DNA of 46,411 bases, taken from the IMG/VR virus record IMGVR_UViG_3300045988_156631. One strand, given 5' to 3'. Shown one piece after another: positions 42,970 through 46,411 of the stretch; the first letter of the stretch is position 1; the number at the start of each line of letters is the position of its first letter. A program made the translations under genes and the position numbers. The notes under the pieces are model-generated. The model was given only the letters and a program-made list of their open reading frames with translations, ran no database searches and had not been told where the DNA came from. The stretch comes from a virus.

Positions 42970-43469
42970 ATCTTCTTTTTCACCGCCTCTTCAAAGATTC
43001 GTTCTATCTCCTGCTCGTTGTTCTTTAACGCCGGGTACATGTACGGCTGTGCTGCCTGGCCATTGGTTGCATATCCAATGATCTCACCTTTTTTATTCCT
43101 TATAATCTTGAAACCATACTTCTCAGCTTCTTTCTGGCTCATAGCATACTGAGGAATCAGCCAGCCTGTCTGCCCATAAGCATAATCCGTATCCGGTGCG
43201 GTCCCTTCATGATTTTCCTGGCCAACCGGCCCAGTGCCAAATTCCACATACGCCGCATAGCTTTTGTTCGTATAGCAGATTCCCCGAACAGTTCCTTCTG
43301 AATTTTCTATGCCGGTGTAAATGCTTTCCCGGAGTTCACCATGATTGGTTGGGCATCCCGCTTTTGCTTCCTCTTGTACAGTTTTAATACCTTTTGAGAC
43401 AGCGCCGTGAAGGTCTGTTGCACTCAGTTCTCCCAGGGCGTCCAGAAGCTTCTTTTCACCAAGAATCAT
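42966..43469 (-). CDS. HK97 gp10-family neck/tail component
   Basis: Contains ...GCPTNHGELRESIYTGIENSEGTVRGICYTNKSYAAYVEFGTGP..., a typical gp10 pattern. Confidence 0.7.
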   Translation of the reverse strand: MILGEKKLLDALGELSATDLHGAVSKGIKTVQEEAKAGCPTNHGELRESIYTGIENSEGTVRGICYTNKSYAAYVEFGTGPVGQENHEGTAPDTDYAYGQTGWLIPQYAMSQKEAEKYGFKIIRNKKGEIIGYATNGQAAQPYMYPALKNNEQEIERIFEEAVKKKI

Positions 43470-43831
43470 ATCTTCTCCACCTCCAGTGTCAGAAATCGGT
43501 ATGGGTAGATCGCAACCACCTTGTAATCCGGCTCATCCCCGTTGATGCAGATTCCATCATTGATGGTGATCGTCGGACCGTCCACGACCTCATAGGACAC
43601 TTTCCCGGCTTTCTCTGATACTTCCCGGTATGTTCCTTCAAGGCGAAGATTCCGGATATTCGGCAGGCGGGATCCGTACATTTCAGACTGCAGTTTTCCG
43701 CCGGCGGCCCACATTTCCGCATAAAAAGAAGAAGGCAGACCATACTCCGTGTATGTTCCACCTTCCTTATCTTTTTTCTGCTCCATGCGGCAGTGCTTAT
43801 ATTCTGCCAGTCTACTCCGTCTGAGTCTCAT
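43466..43831 (-). CDS. Head closure / head-tail adaptor protein
   Basis: The start MRLRRSRLAEYKH follows gggaggtg. The call rests on gene order. The track ORF extends to 43849. Confidence 0.55.
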   Translation of the reverse strand: MRLRRSRLAEYKHCRMEQKKDKEGGTYTEYGLPSSFYAEMWAAGGKLQSEMYGSRLPNIRNLRLEGTYREVSEKAGKVSYEVVDGPTITINDGICINGDEPDYKVVAIYPYRFLTLEVEKI

Positions 43832-44126
43832 GTACCACACCTCCCACACGGGCCAGTCGGTATCGGTTCAGAACATCGTAAATCTGCCGTGGAGCATCAT
43901 CGAAAGTATAGCTTTCTCCGGATCCTGTCCTGGCGGATTCCCCTTCGGTTCCAATCCGGTTTAGTGCGATCACTGCAAGATCCCGGACGGTTTTGTCCAG
44001 ACCGGACACCAGCCGGGTTCGGTTGGTATAAGCCAGCACCCAGGCGGTGGCGTCCTCCATCAGGATCTGCAGGAGTTCATCGTCCTTTTCACCGGTCAGC
44101 TTTTTGAGTTTTTCGAGTTCTGTCAT
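43812..44126 (-). CDS. Head-tail connector (gp6/gp15-like, Phage_connect_1)
   Basis: MTELEKLKKLTGEKDDELLQILMEDATAWVLAYTNR... is a typical N-terminus. Located directly after the capsid gene. Confidence 0.7.
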   Translation of the reverse strand: MTELEKLKKLTGEKDDELLQILMEDATAWVLAYTNRTRLVSGLDKTVRDLAVIALNRIGTEGESARTGSGESYTFDDAPRQIYDVLNRYRLARVGGVVHETQTE

Positions 44127-44143
44127 TCAGACCACATCCTTTA

Positions 44144-45181
44144 TCAGCCGTTGGTAATCAGGCGTGCCATCGGGATTGCCTTCGGGTCGAATTTGATTCC
44201 CCAGTTCGCAGTCGCAAAGAGCTGCTCATCGGTCGGGGATTCTGTCCAACCAGTTTTCGGAATTGAAAAGCTGAATCCATTCGGATGGATAGTCTCTCTC
44301 ATTCTAGTGATAAGTTCATCCTGTCCGCCGTTCTTTTTCGCATCACGGTTGATTTCCACCGGAACATCCAAACGACCTTTCGCGGTACGGATCACGCCCT
44401 GACCAAACAGGTAGGTGGTGTACTTTTTCAGTGCCTTATTGTCACCGGCTCCGCCTACAGTGGTGCACGGTACGCCATCATCAATGATTACGGTGTACCC
44501 ATTCGCAGATGCAATGTTCATAGGACGCTGGATTCCATTTGCATCTGTATATTTCCAGTACTCCAGGAGCTGTTTGTTCTCCAGGGTCTTAGCTACGTTT
44601 GAATGCATGATTGCCAGGCTGAACTGGTCTTTGTGATCGCCGCAAGCCAGGGTAGCCAGATCATTGAGGTCGGTTTCTGCAATATTTCTTGCAGTGGCTG
44701 TGTCGGAGCTCAGATCCAGTGTGTGATTCTCATTCCAGGTCTTGGCATTACCGGAAACTCCAGTGATACCAAACACTGCATCTGTAATGCCGATCAGACG
44801 TTTCTGGCGTTTCTTTTGCCAGTATTTTGCGACAGTGGCAACGATATGCCCCATCGGGTCAGCGCCGGAAAGCTCAGAGGTAAAGTTACGTGCAAAGAAG
44901 CCTTTCGCTCTGCCGTATACGATACCGCTCTGAGAGCCGCCGCCGACCTCAGATACGGTGATATCGGTCCGACCATCATAGTTCTGATCGTCACCGTCCA
45001 GGGTGTTATAGAAGGGGATTGTGTAGAAATTGCCATCATGGGTAATTCTTCCGGCGATCACCGGATCTTCTACTACTGCACCGGATTCAATCATAGCGGT
45101 CAGATACGGATCCGGTGCTTCGTTCCACATCTGCATAAAAAGTTCATCATCGAACGGGATTCCAAAAATTGTTCCTGCCAT
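44144..45181 (-). CDS. Major capsid protein
   Basis: 345 aa downstream of the scaffold gene, with RBS aaaggagtg. Confidence 0.85.
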   Translation of the reverse strand: MAGTIFGIPFDDELFMQMWNEAPDPYLTAMIESGAVVEDPVIAGRITHDGNFYTIPFYNTLDGDDQNYDGRTDITVSEVGGGSQSGIVYGRAKGFFARNFTSELSGADPMGHIVATVAKYWQKKRQKRLIGITDAVFGITGVSGNAKTWNENHTLDLSSDTATARNIAETDLNDLATLACGDHKDQFSLAIMHSNVAKTLENKQLLEYWKYTDANGIQRPMNIASANGYTVIIDDGVPCTTVGGAGDNKALKKYTTYLFGQGVIRTAKGRLDVPVEINRDAKKNGGQDELITRMRETIHPNGFSFSIPKTGWTESPTDEQLFATANWGIKFDPKAIPMARLITNG

Positions 45182-45202
45182 TTTATGTCACTCCTTTTTT
45201 TG

Positions 45203-45823
45203 TTATTTCAGTCCGGAAAGCTGTCTGTACAGTTCCGGATGCTCGGTTTTCAGTTTCAGACGATCCACATATCCCATTTTGTTGTATTCCTCCCGGGTGA
45301 CTTCATTCTCCGGTGCTTTCTTCGGGGGCTTTCCGCCTTTCAGACGCTCATTTACAGCCGCTTCTACAGCCTGCTGAAACACTTTTTCTACAGCTGTAAT
45401 GGATTTATTGCAAGAGTCAGCATCTGCATAATTCAGCACCTCAGCCAGTCCAACCGGCAGTTTCTTTTCTGCCAGGGTGTTTTTTGCTTCAGCCATCAGT
45501 TCTTTACGGGTAATTGCTGCCTCACGGTCAGTCAATTCCTTTTCTTTTTTCTGCTGGAAATACTGAGTCTTTTCCTCTTTCGTCATCTGTGCCAGTTTCT
45601 CAGCCTCAGAGAGATTTTCATCTGCCAGAGCCTGCCATTTCTGCTGTGCTTTCGTGACGGCCGTATTGACTGCCTTCTGTACACGGCGGTCAAACTCTGC
45701 CTGGTTTCCGTCACCTTTCAGGAAGTCATCAAAAGATACCGGCTTGGGATCTGTTCCTCCAGGATTGTCTGCTCCATCTGCAAAAATCTGGAGTTTCATT
45801 GGGATCATAAATTTCTTTTTCAT
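45203..45823 (-). CDS. Capsid scaffolding protein (DUF4355-like)
   Basis: The likely start MKKKFMIPMKLQIFADG... follows agaaagga. Helical and Lys/Glu-rich. The track ORF extends to 45871. Confidence 0.75.
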   Translation of the reverse strand: MKKKFMIPMKLQIFADGADNPGGTDPKPVSFDDFLKGDGNQAEFDRRVQKAVNTAVTKAQQKWQALADENLSEAEKLAQMTKEEKTQYFQQKKEKELTDREAAITRKELMAEAKNTLAEKKLPVGLAEVLNYADADSCNKSITAVEKVFQQAVEAAVNERLKGGKPPKKAPENEVTREEYNKMGYVDRLKLKTEHPELYRQLSGLK

Positions 45824-46109
45824 GTTACTTGTCCTTTCTGCCCAGCCTATACGCATCTGCGCCCGGGCCATTCAGTTTGAGGTTTCCTCCCACTTCTTTA
45901 ACGTCTGGTGGAAAAAGACACAAAAATAAGACGCTTCACCCCGCGTCCCAAAGGGAGATGATCCGGATCACCGTTCCTTTCCGCATTTCGCACACTGATA
46001 CACATACTTCTGTTCCGTGTGGATATAATGTTTCCGGAATTTATGCCGGCAGCATCTCTGCCGGATCCAGGTGTAAATCTTCTCAATCAGTATCGTCTCA
46101 CCTTCTTTC

Positions 46110-46330
46110 TCTTAAAAATGGGCTTAAAAATACCACTGGCCTCTCGACTGGTGGTACCTATTCTTTATGATTTTTGCATTTCATACAGATCTTTTTGTAT
46201 TCCGACAGTGAACTACTCGGTAACTGAGTTACCAGAGCATCTGAATAGAGGCGGGATACCGCCTTTTTCAGGGTGCGTCCATGACACCACTACTGTTTAC
46301 TCTTTCGAGCTATACAGCTACTTTTATGAT
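46110..46330 (-). ncRNA. Candidate omega RNA / right end of IS element A
   Basis: Structured sequence lies 3' of the tnpB stop (46310..46312). Minus-strand hairpins are ggcggtatcccgcc, ggtaactcagttacc and taccaccagtcgagaggccagtggta. The ends are not determinable by eye. Confidence 0.35.
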
Positions 46331-46411
46331 TTCCGGTGTTTTCAGTCCGGTCACGGACAGTTCTTTTTTTACTCCGGATACGGAGAGATATTTTCTCAGG
46401 ATATTATATGC
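46310..46411 (-). CDS. tnpB: C-terminal end of the junction-spanning tnpB (same gene as 1..1210; 46357..46411 duplicates 1..55)
   Basis: Reading continues ...YLSVSGVKKELSVTGLKTPEIIKVAV* with the stop at 46310..46312. Confidence 0.8.
   Translation of the reverse strand, partial: AYNILRKYLSVSGVKKELSVTGLKTPEIIKVAV
46357..46411. repeat. 55-nt terminal direct repeat, identical to 1..55
   Basis: Exact identity with the window start. Confidence 0.95.

Noticed and set aside
44603-45880. 425-aa plus-strand ORF across the capsid and scaffold genes
   Set aside because: It is antisense to two strongly supported structural genes. Its Cys/Phe/Leu-rich composition is implausible.
45898-46086. 62-aa minus-strand ORF, and an alternative 39-aa Cys-rich frame (IEKIYTWIRQRCCRHKF...CAKCGKER), between the scaffold gene and IS element A
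   Set aside because: The 62-aa frame has an implausible composition. The Cys-rich frame has a good RBS-like aagaaggtgag but no canonical start codon. It cannot be supported without comparative data.
1-46411. Stop-codon reassignment, considered because of the odd tRNA-like genes
   Set aside because: All large genes (terminase, portal, tape measure, the 2596-aa fibre, integrase body) are open in the standard code. There is no pattern of in-frame TAG or TGA.

Overview
The window is a complete, circularly closed temperate siphovirus-type phage genome. Unique length is about 46.36 kb, and the first 55 nt are repeated exactly as the last 55 nt. RBS style and protein families suggest a Firmicutes/Clostridia-like host, which is inference only. 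Gene layout:
- Late and structural genes, minus strand: terS, terL, SPP1-type portal and a MuF/gp7 head protein at 2.1-7.4 kb. Scaffold, major capsid, connector/neck proteins, major tail protein, G/GT chaperones with a clear -1 frameshift site, a 1347-aa tape measure, a giant 2596-aa tail fibre, holin and amidase endolysin at 26.7-45.9 kb.
- Early, replication and recombination genes, minus strand, 9.2-19.3 kb: cro-like repressor, Gp157, Rad52/Sak annealase, HNH nuclease, replisome organizer with internal iterons, and a late-gene regulator.
- Lysogeny and moron island, plus strand, 19.5-26.5 kb: cI-like repressor, ImmA protease, two paralogous zinc-ribbon 4-TM proteins, a TM/FtsK-gamma/degenerate-FtsK/Mrr-nuclease fusion, an orphan proteasome-like Ntn hydrolase, a Uma2 nuclease and a large serine integrase.

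The most interesting observations:
1. The membrane-anchored FtsK-like/Mrr fusion and its partners, a candidate undescribed exclusion/defence module.
2. A conserved intergenic module repeated after three moron cassettes. It reads as a minus-strand extended -10 promoter, an 80-110 nt RNA, then a terminator.
3. Two different IS200/IS605 insertions with intact TnpB nucleases. One spans the circular junction; the other has a decayed tnpA.
4. Two tRNA-derived genes whose anticodon arms do not fold canonically.
5. An integrase split by 5 nt exactly at the catalytic-serine motif.
6. A MuF protein fused to a DUF6883-like domain, followed by a DUF4926-like gene.
7. A chimeric protein carrying only the C-terminal half of a C5 cytosine methyltransferase.

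All domain calls come from reading the translated sequences by eye and need HMM or structure confirmation.
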